Assembly: GCA_965178125.1 (NCBI GenBank)
Contig: OZ237739.1
Span: 744,001-808,000, forward strand
Direction: 5' to 3'
DNA length: 64,000 nucleotides
Source: Bilabrum cf. latius
Taxonomy: Eukaryota
Part shown: positions 1-13,000 of the stretch, piece by piece
Numbering within the stretch: the first letter of the stretch is position 1
Layout of the letters: each line of letters begins with the position of its first letter
Made by a program: the position numbers and the translations under genes
Notes under the pieces: model-generated
The model's database searches: none
Told to the model about the DNA's origin: nothing
The model's input: the letters and a program-made list of their open reading frames with translations, nothing else

Positions 1-3000
1 CGGCAACGACTCGGAGCCGATCTATCCCAACCCTCCGTGGATGCACCGGGCAGACGCGTTGATCCTCGATGCCCTGGAGTGCAGTGGCACGGCCAGTTTG
101 TGCCAGTCGTTGGCAGCGGCCGGTGGCAGTGGAGGCCAGCCAGTAGGCCAAGCCGGGGACGCGGTGCTGCTTGGTGCAGCACCGACCGAGGCAGCGTACC
201 TCGAAGCACTCGGGCTTGGTATCAACGCCAGCACTACCGGTCCCGGCAGTGATTTTCATGCTAGAAATCGGAACAGGACCATGTACCACGTTCAGAGGGC
301 TGCATGTCAGCTGGCCGGGGATGCCCTCGGGGGGCAAGCACCGGCTGCAACTGGAGGTGACAGAGCGCGGCAAGGTGACATCCTGTGGGCCGGTCCGGCT
401 GCAGCGTGCTAGGCGTCGTTCGCTAACCAGCCAGGTGGCCTGCTTGCTGTGGTAATTGCACGCAACCACTCAGAAGGTCACTGGAGGCCGGGAATGCCAG
501 TTCTGGAGGGACCTCTTCCATCGGAGTTGGGACTGGCGCAGGAGGCTGCCATGGTCTGGGTAGGTGGGCTTCGGTGCCTCACACGGTCTTGGGTCGACGG
601 CCCGTCGTGGGTCACTATCACGTGCGAGCCGGAGAGGGGGCTAGTTCCGGGTTTGGCTGAGGTGGTGGTACGCTCGGGTGGGGGCGGCTGGTCCACCGAT
701 GGGCTGGAGGCTCGAGGGATTCGGAGTGGGAGTGGGTGTGCACTCGCTTCCAGGCAAGCCGGAGGTGGATACCCTCGTCCAGAGGAGCCGTCTGCCGACG
801 GCGTTGCCTGCGTCGCCATTGGTTACGCGGGAGAACTCGGATTGCGAGCGGTGGAATCCGCTGCACTTGACGAGAAATGGTGGGAGGTGCCCTTGCTGCC
901 GTCAGAGGAGGCGATCTTCGAACCAGTCGGGAATGCCTGGCACGGCGGCTCTGTGCTCGATGCAAGCAAACGGAGCGTGGCCGGCGGTGCAAACGCTCTG
1001 TCTACAGGAGTAGCCACCGATTCGTCGTTGTGGGCGCTACGTGAGAAACACAGGAGCCCTGCTTCCCTTGGCTACCAGCACGTGCGCCTTCGGATGGGTA
1101 CCCTCTCCTGCAGAGTGTCGCCCGATGCAGGCAGTCTGATGGGACTGCAATCCCGGAACTAGCAGACTGGAAGTAGCAGGGTATCCTGCTGGGTGCACGA
1201 TGACCTCCCGGGCGGGCCGTTCCAGGCTGGCATGCACCTTCCTGGGCTGGAGTGGCTGGAGACGGCGGTCATCCCCGCATCTATCGAAGGCGACGATGCA
1301 GCTGTTGCGCCCCTATGGGTGCGATGGGCGAGATCGTAGCTCCAGGGGGTAGAGCCGCGGAAATTCTCTGTCCTAGACATGCTTCAGTCACACCGAGACG
1401 CGTCGTTGAACACGACAGTCACTCTGCGTGGGACTGGGCTAGAGCAAAATGGAACGTCGGCCGCTGTGGAGGTGTTTGTAGGAGGGGCACGCTGCCTTGG
1501 CATCGAGTATGCGGGCACAGATGCCATTCGCTGCCGAGTGCGGCCTGTCGAGGTGCGCAGTGGTGTCATCGAAATTGTGCGAGGCTCAGGAGGGCTTCTA
1601 CTTGATCCAACAGGGATTGATGCGCAGCAGGAATGGGCCATACTATCGGGAGTGGGTTCGTCCGTTTCGCTTGGAGTCCCGGCGCCAGTCGTATTGCCGG
1701 AACAAGGCTCCCCTAGTGACCGGCACACAGGGCTGCTGTCACCCGCAAACCCGGCCGTCCTGGGGTCAAGCCCCACCACCATGTCCACGAGGGGGGGTTC
1801 CGACCTGCAGCTCCTAGGCGTTGATCTAGGGGCATCACAGGGGGAGTATATCGCTTCAGTGGATATAGATGGCACGCCATGTCAAAACCTCACGTGGTTT
1901 TCCGACTTTGTCCTGCGATGCACCTCCGCTGCTTCGCTCGGAGGATAGGGCACGGTCAACGTGAATTCCATCTGGGGCCAGACCTTTGACAGCGCGCCTG
2001 GCATCATAGCGTACGAAATGCCGGAACTGTCCCCGACCAACCCGGTCGAGGTAGATCCGCCCGCCATTTTTAATGTGCTGGCGGAATCGTACGTGGTCCG
2101 TGCCTTCGGAAAGAACTTTGGTTTCCCCAGGCAAGGGGGCAACGGGACAGAGACGAGAATGCAGGTTTCCGGCAAGGACTGCGAGAACGTCACAGTGGTT
2201 AGCGACGGAGAGATAGTGTGCCACGAGATATCACCGCCGTGGACCATTGGTGACTACAGCGTACGGGTGATCCTGCGTGGAGGACGCACAGCGGTGGCGC
2301 TGAGTGCATTCATCTTTCAGCCGCCGGTGCGGGTGGTTTCCGCCCAGCCGGCCATAATCAGCGGAGGAGGAGGCCAAGTCACGATCGGTGGCACCGGGTT
2401 GGGCGCATCCGCTCTGGATGTGCAGTCCGTGCGGGTTGGGCCGCACGCCTGTGGGAATGTGAGGGTGGAGGAAGGCGGCACTCGCTTGACGTGTGACGTG
2501 CCTCCGGGCGTGGGAGCAGACCATCGAGTCGTGGTTGAGTCTAGGCGCAACGGATAGAACGACCCTGTAGAAGCACCAACAGTCTCCTACAAGGCTCCAT
2601 CAGTCACTAAGCTGTCCATTGTGGCTACGTCTGCGAACGTGGGAGAAGCAGAGCCAGTGGCTGCCGGTGTGTCTGCAATCAACGGCTCGAACTCAAACGC
2701 AACAATCGCAGGCACGCCTAGGGCTGCGTCGTACCTGCACGAGACGCTCGTATAGATAGAAATGGATGTTGCAGATGCGGGTTGGGATCTGCAGCAGTGG
2801 AATCCTGCTACTTCTGTCGCCGGGACAGATGGCGGACTGAACAGCACGCAGGAGTATGTAGTCGCTGTCCGTGGATCCACGTGGGCCGTACCCTGCGCAG
2901 GACTGGAGCTGGTGGGGACACAGCCCGCTGCCGCTGAGCCTTCCATCGAGCTCGTATCAAAGATCCGCTGTACGGTACTGCAGTGGCCCGCAGAGGCCAG

Positions 3001-6000
3001 GATCAGCCTTGAGGCGTTGGGTGGGGCAAGCATGAGCGAGGTGGCTCGAGTTGAGTTCTCAGTTGCTGGGCAAGATGTTCAGGGGCACCTCACAGGGGAT
3101 ACAACCGACGAACTTCGGGCCGCTTCCAGTGCCAGCGGAGGCAGTCTGCTTCTGATCGGTCGGCCTTCCATCCAGGTTGTGAGTCCCCGGCTGTTTCCAT
3201 CCAATGGCACGGCGGATGCGGTGGAAGAGGGAGCTGCAGTGCGCGCGCAAGAAGCTACTGGAGCTGCCAGTCCACCCAGCCAACAGCTAGCGATGGCGCT
3301 GCAGATCTAGTCATTGGCAGAGACTGCTGTTTTTCACCGTGATGACCTGCTTGCGGCTGCACCCACCCTCATGACCGCACCTGCATCTGCCGGGCTGCTT
3401 CAGATCCAGGGCAGTGGAATGGGGTTGGGGCCCTGGGCGCTCAGAGGAGTAACCGTCGGCGGCAAGCCTTCCCGACTGGTGGTGTGGGTCTCTAGCACCG
3501 AAGTGCTTGCATACTGCGAACCTGGTGTGGGTTTTAACGTGCCAGTAGCCGTGCAGACGTTGGGTGGCGATAGTCAGGGGATCTTAGAGGGCGGTGATGG
3601 AAATGGACAGGATGACAGTATGCAAGGAAGTGTGCCACAGCAGGCCGCTATATCCTATCAGGCACCGTACGTAGAGGCTATCGAACCGGAGTACAGCCTG
3701 ACTGGCCCAAACGTACTGTCCAACTTCACAATCATAGGGTCTCATTTTGGTTTTGAGAAAGAAGACGTGGACACCGCGTTCGTCGGAGGGCAGTAGTGCA
3801 ACCCGGTGCTGTGGGTGTCGAACGCGGAGCTGCGGTGTCTCGCAGTGCGAGGGGATAACTGGGAGGGCAGCAACGTAGAGGTGAATGTGCGGCAACAGAA
3901 GAGTCCCCGGAACCGCCTATTTGCCCACATTGGTCAGCCGGTGGTCCAGTCAGTGACCCCGCCCAACGGTGTCGGTGGCAATAGGATCATTATTGCGGGT
4001 GAGAACTTTGGCCGTCAGACCGCTGATATTGACAAGGTCATGCTGGGGCAGCACCACTGCGATGGAGTGGTCCTGCGTGGACCGACATCGATCGAATGCT
4101 TCGTGCCACAGCTGGAGGACATCAACGAGCCGGCCATGCCGGTTGTCGTGCACCAGCGGGGAGGGTCCTTCAGCACCGGCGGAGCTTCGTTCACTTACGG
4201 CGTGCTTGGCACTGTCTGGCCTTTCATAGCATCGCGCGTGCAGGCTTGGCGGGAGAGAAACGACCGGATCGAGGTGCGATGGGCCTTCCCTTTTCCAACC
4301 GGTGAGCTAGCCCTCGCACTTGGAGCAGAGCCGCTCCAGGGATTCGAAATCGAGACTAGGCTACTGCCTGCTGGCACCGGCAGCAGCTACGACGCTACGA
4401 CTGCTAGTGCAAGTGCCAGGAACGTCTCAGAAATCCAGACCACGGTCTTCGATGTTGACCTCGAGGACATTCAATTCCGGAACAGCTCTACCGGTGCGCT
4501 GGCTCTTATGAGGGCCTCCGTGACCGCGGTGGATCCTAGGCCATTACAGCTCCGGATCCGCGCATTGAATGCAGCGGGTGGAGGCCCGGCAACTAGCTGG
4601 AGCCCGCTGATTCCATCAACCTGCGCGCCTACCGAATTCCTGTCGACGTACCTCGATCCTTCCGAGTGGGTGTGCAGGTCCTGCGGGGTGACGGCCGCCA
4701 CGTGCGACGGGGGCTCATCCTTTTCGGTCGCAGCGCGTTCCGGCTACCAGCGACTGCCTTGGGTCGCCGGACGAGCTGCATTTATCCGTTGCCCTAGACC
4801 AGAATCCTGCCTGGTTGACACCGAGATTGCAACCGATAGCAAGGTCAATTCTGCTGCTACCGATAACGATGGCGGGTCTGCGCTGGCCGACGACGGCTCG
4901 GACACATCGTCTCTGCCCACTCTGCAGCAGCTGTACCAGCTTGAGCTACCGCCGCCCTCCATAGCCCTTGAACGGGCCGGTGCCATAAGGAGAGCATACA
5001 GTAACGTTACAGGGGGCAGCACCGCTGTACTTCCTGAAGTTAAGGATAGCCCGGCAGCTCCTGCTAGTCATCTCTCGACTATGCTTCCGCCATGGATGCA
5101 GGAAACTTGCGCTGAGGGCTATTCCGGTATCATGTGCGCCAGGTGCGAGCCTGGATACACACCCTGGGGGTCATATGAGTGCCAGAAATGCCGGGGCGGG
5201 GTCGCTGTGGCTGTCGTTGCTGTTTTGCTTACAATGGTGATCGTCATGATCACCATTGCACTGGTGCTGAATGCCCTGAGGCGAGGGGCGCAGACCGCAG
5301 AAAGACTGCAGCAAATGGCACGTGGTGAGACAGAGCGAGAAGACAGGTGGGGCAACGTGGTTACAATCGACTCGAGGGACGGCCGCGGCCGGATGCACGT
5401 CACTGCTGCTTCTACGGGTGCTGCTGATTCTGCGGGTATTGGTAGCGCCTGTCACCCTGCAAGCTCCATGCCTTTACCAGGCTTCGTGGGGCACCCTGAA
5501 TCTAATCGGTTAGGAGGCAAAGTGACGCTGAACCCCTTGTCCCTTGCACAGGCGGGTACCGCGCACAAGAGGCAGGACGCGTCGGTGGGCCCCGGTGCGG
5601 CTTCAATTGATCCGTCTCCGGATGCAGGGAATCCGTCGAGTAGCCGTCTGCCGTCTCAAACGCCGCAGCAGCCCGGAGAAAAGCATCCGACGGACCAACG
5701 CACAGGCTCTCATGCATCGCAAAGCCAGCTCCTTGCCGGAAATGGCGCTCCTTCCACCGGTAGTACCAAGACGTTGACGGTCAGAGAGCCTCGGCAGTGG
5801 ACGGTAGCGGCGATCAAGATCCTATTCTCCCATGTACAGGTGGTCTCCATCGCCTCGTCGTTCAAGCTATCCTGGCCGTCGTCGGTTCTCCGCTTCTTTA
5901 ATAGCATGACAATGTTCTCGAGAGTTAGCTCGGACGTACTGAGCCTGGACTGCATGCTGCAGGGCAACGGCGACAACGCCGGTGTCGTGAATCCAACGAA

Positions 6001-8011
6001 CGCCACAATGGAGTTGAGCTAGATCGAATCGGGGAGCAGTAGTGGAAATGGCCAAGCGATGGACACGAAATGGCTTGCTGTGGTCGTTGGGGGCGCCGAA
6101 GCGGCGGCCAGCAACGAGAGTAATTTCGCTGGTATCGACCCCTCGAATAGTTGGCCTCATGCCGACCTGAATGACATCAAGGTGCTCGCTGGATCCCTTG
6201 GAGTGCACGAGAGTATCATGCTGGGTGAAGGCAAGAGCAGCTCCGGGATTGCGGCCCTCATGCCTCACGGCTCGACGTATTTCCTTCGTACGCTCGTGGT
6301 GCTCATGAGCCCGTTCGTGCTTGTGGCCGGCCTGTCCCTCTTCTGGATCATAGTGGATGCGGTCGATGGATGTCTGTATGAACACGTAGACGAGGAAGAG
6401 GAGGACAAAAATAATTATAGGGAGGGCTTGGCAAGGGAAGAACATCATTAGAGCCGTCCCCAGCCGAACAGAAGCCAGGATTTGCTAGGGGCTGCAGCAG
6501 CGTCCGCGCGTGGAAGCAGGATAGATGCAGCCACTCGGCAGTGCGATGAGCCGGGTGGCCTACGCACGAAAAATGGCAGTGCAGGAGTGATGGGCCACAA
6601 TAATCACATGCCGGGGAGTGCAATGGAAGAGGGTGGGCGCACCCGCCCAGATGACTTCCGACGGCGCCGGAGTAGCGTGTTCGTCCAGTTGGCAAGGGGC
6701 TCACTGCCGGGCCTTGGCCGGCAAGCCTCTTCCACTAAGCCTGATAAAAGCGTCCCTGGGGGAACTGATAGCGAAATTGAGGGTAGTCCTGGTGCTGCCC
6801 GCGGCCCTGGTGTTCAAGAAGGTATGAACGATAGTGCTGGCTCCAATGGCATCCAGGTTTTCATTTCGGGAGGCCGCGGCGGACGGGAACGCGCTGCCGC
6901 AGAAGATAGCGGTGACGATAGTGGTGATGATGAGATATTCTGGCTGGCTGGGTCGAAGCGACCAGCCAGCATTCTGCAGTACGTCGGCGTGCCCCTCCAG
7001 GTGCTGCGACTGTCCCTCGGGATGCGGATCCTGTCGGGCCTCATCGTGATCGGCTTCCTTGTGCATCTGACGCTGACGGAGGCGTCCTTCGGCATGATGA
7101 CCTGCACAGACGTGAGGCCAGACGTGGATCTAGCGGCTGAGGACAGACTGGATCCAGCGGAAGGACGGCAGGGGGGTCTGTCGATGAGTCCGGGGCTGAC
7201 CGACGACTGCCCCGCAGGGACGGAGGGGCGCCGCCTGGTGCTCGACCTTGACGTGTGCTGCTACAACCCGAAGGCATTGGTGCTAATGTACGGCGTGGGG
7301 ATCCCCTCCGTGCTATTGTTTGCCGTCGGCATTCCGCTATCTGCCGGCCTGTGGCTGTGGAGGGTCAGGTGGCACACCGGGGAGCCTGCGGTCCTCTCTA
7401 CGCTAGGGTTCCTCATGGTGGGTTTGCAGGGCAATGCGTACTACTGGGAGGTCGTGGTGATGCTGCGAAAGCTGGCTGTGGTTGCTATTACGGTACTGGT
7501 GGAGCCCTGGGGGGTGCGTGTGCAGACCTACTCGGCCCTGGCCGTGATTTTCGCCGCCAGCGTCCTGCATTCTCTGTACCGGCCGTACAACGCCGGTGAG
7601 TTGAACGCGCTTGAACTGATCGCACTCTGTGGCGCCTTCCTGACGTTCGAGGCGGGCCTGTTCCTGCACGACCCCAACTCAGGCGAGGCCACCATCATGG
7701 CGGCGACTGCTGTGGTTTTCCTGTCAAACCTCGTCGTACTCATCGCTGGCATGTATGTGATGAAGGAGAGCATCATTAAGGCTGGGAAGAGTGCGTGCAT
7801 TGCCATTGGGGCAGTTGCAAGCAAGTGGGCGGGCGGTGAGGGCGGGGGTAAGGATGCGTCTACGGCACCTCAGAAGGGGACCAACAGCCGCGGGAGTGCA
7901 GGTACTAGTGGGCCGGCTGTTGCGAGCGGAAATGGACAAGGTCAATCTGGATGGCCTGCAGGAGGTACCGGTGCCGCTGGTGGGTTATACCGCGTGGGTG
8001 CACTAAGCTGA
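1..8011 (+). CDS. Large surface/membrane protein, 5'-partial: IPT/TIG-like repeats, FN3-like domain, Cys-rich (EGF/laminin-like) segment and multi-pass TM C-terminus
   Basis: Nine ORF-track fragments (41, 449, 1379, 1961, 2762, 3314, 3806, 6059, 6482) share one frame and are separated only by TAG (410, 1160, 1337, 1946, 2555, 2753, 3308, 3794, 6020, 6449); ends TGA 8009-8011. TIG-like motifs (ITIGGTGLG..VRVGPHAC..LTCDVPPGVG; IAGENFG), LRIRALNAAGGGP, CAEGYSGIMCARCEPGY, TM block with YYWEVVVMLRKL. Confidence 0.85.
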
Positions 8012-8046
8012 CTCAGCTGAGGCCAGCACAGCCTAGGCCGGTGCTG

Positions 8047-8194
8047 GACCGTACAGAGTTGATGGATCTGTGGCATACGTAATCGTTATCTACCCTGCCG
8101 GGTACAGTTGCTGAGAAAGACGGCGACAGTGATGGTGGGGGCTGGCCCTCCGCCAGCACCACCACAGGGCGGCCGCCCTCGGCCCGCCCTCACC
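8047..8194. repeat. Split direct repeat Y, terminal copy (148 bp)
   Basis: GACCGTACAGAGTTG...GCCCTCACC, identical to 8580-8727 (offset 533). Confidence 0.97.
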
Positions 8195-8392
8195 TCCACC
8201 CATCATGTCGTCGAAGGGAACGTGAGCTCCCTACCGGCAGGTATCAATTCAATCAGTACCAACCAAACAAAAAAATACTACCATATGCGGTGTGCTGAGT
8301 CCCCTAGTCCCGAATCCTCTGCATCGCCCTTGGCGCGATGGGTGGTGCTCCACTTGTGGTATCACCTTTTGTGCAGCTCACGGGTGGGTGGG

Positions 8393-8581
8393 TCAACTTT
8401 AGCTACAACGTCCGTTGTGCGCCTCGTGTACTAGGTATCAGTTACCTTGTGCCGTAGATTTATATCTTTTTGCGCTAGTTATTGCGCGTGCTCCCACAAG
8501 GGTGCCAGATTCCAGGGCCACTCTCCACGGTCCGATCAAACCGGAACTCTCCGCGCGCTCCGACTCCCAATTTGAAACAGA
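8393..8581. repeat. Split direct repeat X, internal copy (189 bp)
   Basis: TCAACTTTAGCTAC...TTTGAAACAGA, identical to 15283-15471 (offset 6890). Confidence 0.97.
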
Positions 8582-8727
8582 CCGTACAGAGTTGATGGAT
8601 CTGTGGCATACGTAATCGTTATCTACCCTGCCGGGTACAGTTGCTGAGAAAGACGGCGACAGTGATGGTGGGGGCTGGCCCTCCGCCAGCACCACCACAG
8701 GGCGGCCGCCCTCGGCCCGCCCTCACC
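8580..8727. repeat. Split direct repeat Y, internal copy abutting X
   Basis: Identical to 8047-8194; overlaps repeat X by GA at 8580-8581. Confidence 0.97.
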
Positions 8728-10064
8728 ACTTTGATTTGTTGTCGATCGGGCGTGTGTTGGTCGATCGGGTGTTGCCAGTCTGACTCAGGTGATCGTGTAC
8801 GCTCGGTCTGCTGCGCGGAATGTGTATTGACGCCGATGGCCAGGTGGCGTGGTCCTCGCCGCTGCAGTAGGCCTAAGCGTCGGGCTCGATCTGATTCCAA
8901 TTCATATTGCATGTCTCCACATGTCCTCCACGGCACACTGCGTGCAGTGCTGCCGGACCACCCAAGCGAAGTTTGTGCGCGTCACGATGCGTTTCCGTGC
9001 AGTCCTGTGGGGCCTAACTTTTCTCGGACCCTATCCAAATCTTCGGGTGCCAACTCAACCATCCCACACTCGTACCCGAACGGATGCAAAGGAATTCAAA
9101 GGCATCCGAATCACCAACTTGTGCAGAACGTGCAAATTCGCTCGTGGGCTCTGTTCGGGCATGAACTTTCTTGGGGCGTGGCGGTTCAATCTGGGCTGAT
9201 GGGCGCCCGGAGTGGGTCCGGTGCCGGTTGAGTTGCTGCCGTCGTCGCAGGTGCCCTCAGGTATAGGGTGTACTACAGTTGCGCGTAGACAGACAGTGCG
9301 CCTTGCAATCGATGAGGTGGTGAAGAAACCGACGAGAAACGTCGGGAAAGAAACACCTGCCCTCAGGTCCGCCCTTCTCAACCGTAGTTGAGGTGACGAG
9401 TATTCGAGTGCATAGACTATGACCCGGAGTGCTGGCTACAGCAGTCTGATTGTAGCTTGACGCGTCATCTCGGTCCCATGTTCGATAGGGGTGGGAACCT
9501 TGAAGAACATGACGTCGTCAACTAGATGGAAGGGGGCGACGTCCGCCCCTCCAATCGTGGGTGTTGTGCCTGACCCGAGAACACGTCACGTGCCGGGTCA
9601 GCAGGCCGTTGTTGATGAATGTTGGCGCGGTGGAATCCTCTCCTGCGGCATCACCCTCGTCGGTGTCAGCTGATACCTCGCCGCGTGATTGAAGTAGCAT
9701 GTCCGTTGTAACGGTCCCCGAAGCTCCAAACCTAGCCGCCGCCGATCCCCCCTCCATTCGTGATGAAGGGGTCAGAGTCGGAGCAACCGGGAGAGGGGCA
9801 GACGAGCCACCTGGGTCATACAGCAACAATCTATCACGACGAGCCGGTACAGATGCCTGATGTCGATCTGCCCTCTCGGCTACGGCTGCAACCACTCTGT
9901 CGACAGAGAGCGGGGACGTTACCTCTCGCTACCCCTCTGCCCGGTGGGCCGCGCTCGGAACTGAGCTGACTAACGATGATGATGAGACATGGTGAAGACT
10001 CCTCGTCGTGCCACAAAGTACCCTATGGATACATTCGCGCAAATGCTCTGATCACTTCTAGTTT

Positions 10065-13000
10065 GGCGGCCAGGACAAGCAGCAGTCTCACTGCGAGCCC
10101 AGCCTGCCTCTTGATCATCCAAGCCGGCGCAAGCCAGAGACACGTGCACACTGTCGTGTTCCAATCACACCAAGGCAAGCACCAGCGAGACGCAGGCGGG
10201 CGAGCAGCATTCTCACTGCGAGCCCAGCCTGCCTCTTGGTCATCCAAGCCGGCGCAAGCCAGAGACACGTGCACACTGTCGTGTTCCAATCACACCAAGG
10301 CAAGCACCAGCGAGACGCAGGCGGCCAGGGCAAGCAGCATTCTCACTGCGAGCCCAGCCTGCCTCTTGGTCATCCAAGCCGGCGCAAGCCAGAGACACGA
10401 GCACACTGTCGTGTTCCAATCACACCAAGGCAAGCACCAGCGAGACTCAGGCGGCCAGGGCAAGCAGCATTCTCACTGCAAGCCCAGCCTGCCTCTTGGT
10501 CATCCAAGCCGGCGCAAGCCAGAGACACGTGCACACAATTGTGTCCCAAATTCGCCAGAGCAAGCACCAGCGAGACTCAGGCGGCCAGGGCAAGCAGCAT
10601 TCTCACTGCAAGCCCAGCCTGCCTCTTGGTCATCCAAGCCGGCGCAAGCCAGAGACACGTGCACACAATTGTGTCCCAAAATCCAATAGGTCCAGCACCA
10701 GCGAGACTCAGGCGGCCAGGGCAAGCAGCATTCGCACTGCGAGCCCAGCCTGCCTCTTGGTCATCCAAGCCGGCGCAAGCCAGAGACACGTGCACACCAT
10801 TGTGTCCCAAATTCGCCAAAGCAAGCACCAGCGAGACGCAGGCGGCCAGGGCAAGCAGCATTCTCACTGCAAGCCCAGCCTGCCTCTTGGTCATCCAAGC
10901 CGGCGCAAGCCAGAGACACGTGCACACCATTGTGTCCCGGCCAGGGCAAGCAGCATTCTCACTGCGAGCCCAGCCTGCCTCTTGGTCATCCAAGCCGGCG
11001 CAAGCCAGAGACACGTGCACACCATTGTGTCCCAAATTCGCCAAAGCAAGCACCAGCGAGACTCAGGCGGCCAGGGCAAGCAGCATTCTCACTGCGAGCC
11101 CAGCCTGCCTCTTGGTCATCCAAGCCGGCGCAAGCCAGAGACACGTGCACACCATTGTGTCCCAAAATCCAACAAGACTAGTTCCAGCGAGACTCAGGCG
11201 GGCGGCCAGGACAAGCAGCATTCTCACTGCAAGCCCAACCTGCCTCTTGGTCATCCAAGCCGGCGCAAGCCAGAGACACGTGCACACCATTGTGTCCCAA
11301 ATTCGCCAAAGCAAGCACCAGCGAGACTCAGGCGGCCAGGGCAAGCAGCATTCTCACTGCAAGCCCAACCTGCCTCTTGGTCATCCAAGCCGGCGCAAGC
11401 CAGAGACACGTGCACACCATTGTGTCCCAAATTCGCCAAAGCAAGCACCAGCGAGACTCAGGCGGCCAGGGCAAGCAGCATTCTCACTGCAAGCCCAGCC
11501 TGCCTCTTGGTCATCCAAGCCGGCGCAAGCAAGTGACACGTGCACACCATTGTGTCCCAAATTCGCCAAAGCAAGCACCAGCGAGACGCAGGCGGCCAGG
11601 GCAAGCAGCATTCTCACTGCAAGCCCAGCCTGCCTCTTGGTCATCCAAGCCGGCGCAAGCCAGAGACACGTGCACACCATTGTGTCCCAAAATCCAACAA
11701 GACTAGTTCCAGCGAGACTCAGGCGGGCGGCCAGGACAAGCAGCATTCTCACTGCAAGCCCAACCTGCCTCTTGGTCATCCAAGCCGGCGCAAGCCAGTG
11801 ACACGTGCACACTGTCGTGTTCCAATCACACCAAGGCAAGCACCAGCGAGACTCAGGCGGCCAGGGCAAGCAGCATTCTCACTGCGAGCCCAGCCTGCCT
11901 CTTGGTCATCCAAGCCGGCGCAAGCCAGAGACACGTGCACACTGTCATGTCCCAAATTCGCCAAAGCAAGCACCAGCGAGACGCAGGCGGACAAGCAGCA
12001 TTCTCACTGCAAGCCCAACCTGCCTCTTGGTCATCCAAGCCGGCGCAAGCCAGAGACACGAGCACACTGTCGTGTTCCAATCACACCAAGGCAAGCACCA
12101 GCGAGACGCAGGCGGCCAGGGCAAGCAGCATTCTCACTGCAAGCCCAGCCTGCCTCTTGGTCATCCAAGCCGGCGCTAGCCAGAGACACGTGCACACCAT
12201 TGTGTCCCAAAATCCAACAAGGCAAGCACCAGCGAGACTCAGGCGGCCAGGACAAGCAGCATTCTCACTGCAAGCCCAGCCTGCCTCTTGGTCATCCAAG
12301 CCGGCGCAAGCCAGAGACACGTGCACACTGTCGTGTCCCAATAGACCAAGACAAGCACCAGCGAGACTCAGGCGGCCAGGGCAAGCAGCCATAGCACTGC
12401 GAGCCCCCGCCTGCCTCTTGGTCATCCAAGCCGGCGCAAGCAAGTGACACGAGCACACTGTCGTGTTCCAATCACACCAAGGCAAGCACCAGCGAGACTC
12501 AGGCGGCCAGGGCAAGCAGCCATAGCACTGCGAGCCCCCGCCTGCCTCTTGGTCATCCAAGCCGGCGCAAGCAAGTGACACGAGCACACTGTCGTGTTCC
12601 AATCACACCAAGGCAAGCACCAGCGAGACTCAGGCGGCCAGGGCAAGCAGCATTCTCACTGCAAGCCCAGCCTGCTACTTGGTCATTCAAGCCGGCGCAA
12701 GCCAGTGACACGTGCACACCATTGTGTCCCAAATTCGCCAGAGCAAGCACCAGCGAGACTCAGGCGGCGAGGGCAAGCAGCATTCTCACTGCGAGCCCCG
12801 CCTGCTACTTGGTCATCCAAGCCGGCGCAAGCCAGAGACACGTGCACACTGTCGTGTTCCAATCACACCAAGGCAAGCACCAGCGAGACGCAGGCGGCCA
12901 GGGCAAGCAGCATTCTCACTGCGAGCCCAGCCTGCCTCTTGGTCATCCAAGCCGGCGCAAGCCAGTGACACGAGCACACTGTCGTGTTCCAATCACACCA

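Noticed and set aside
9500-9530. HLVDDVMF on the minus strand as an RT YxDD remnant
   Set aside because: No other RT motifs nearby; a match this short is expected by chance.
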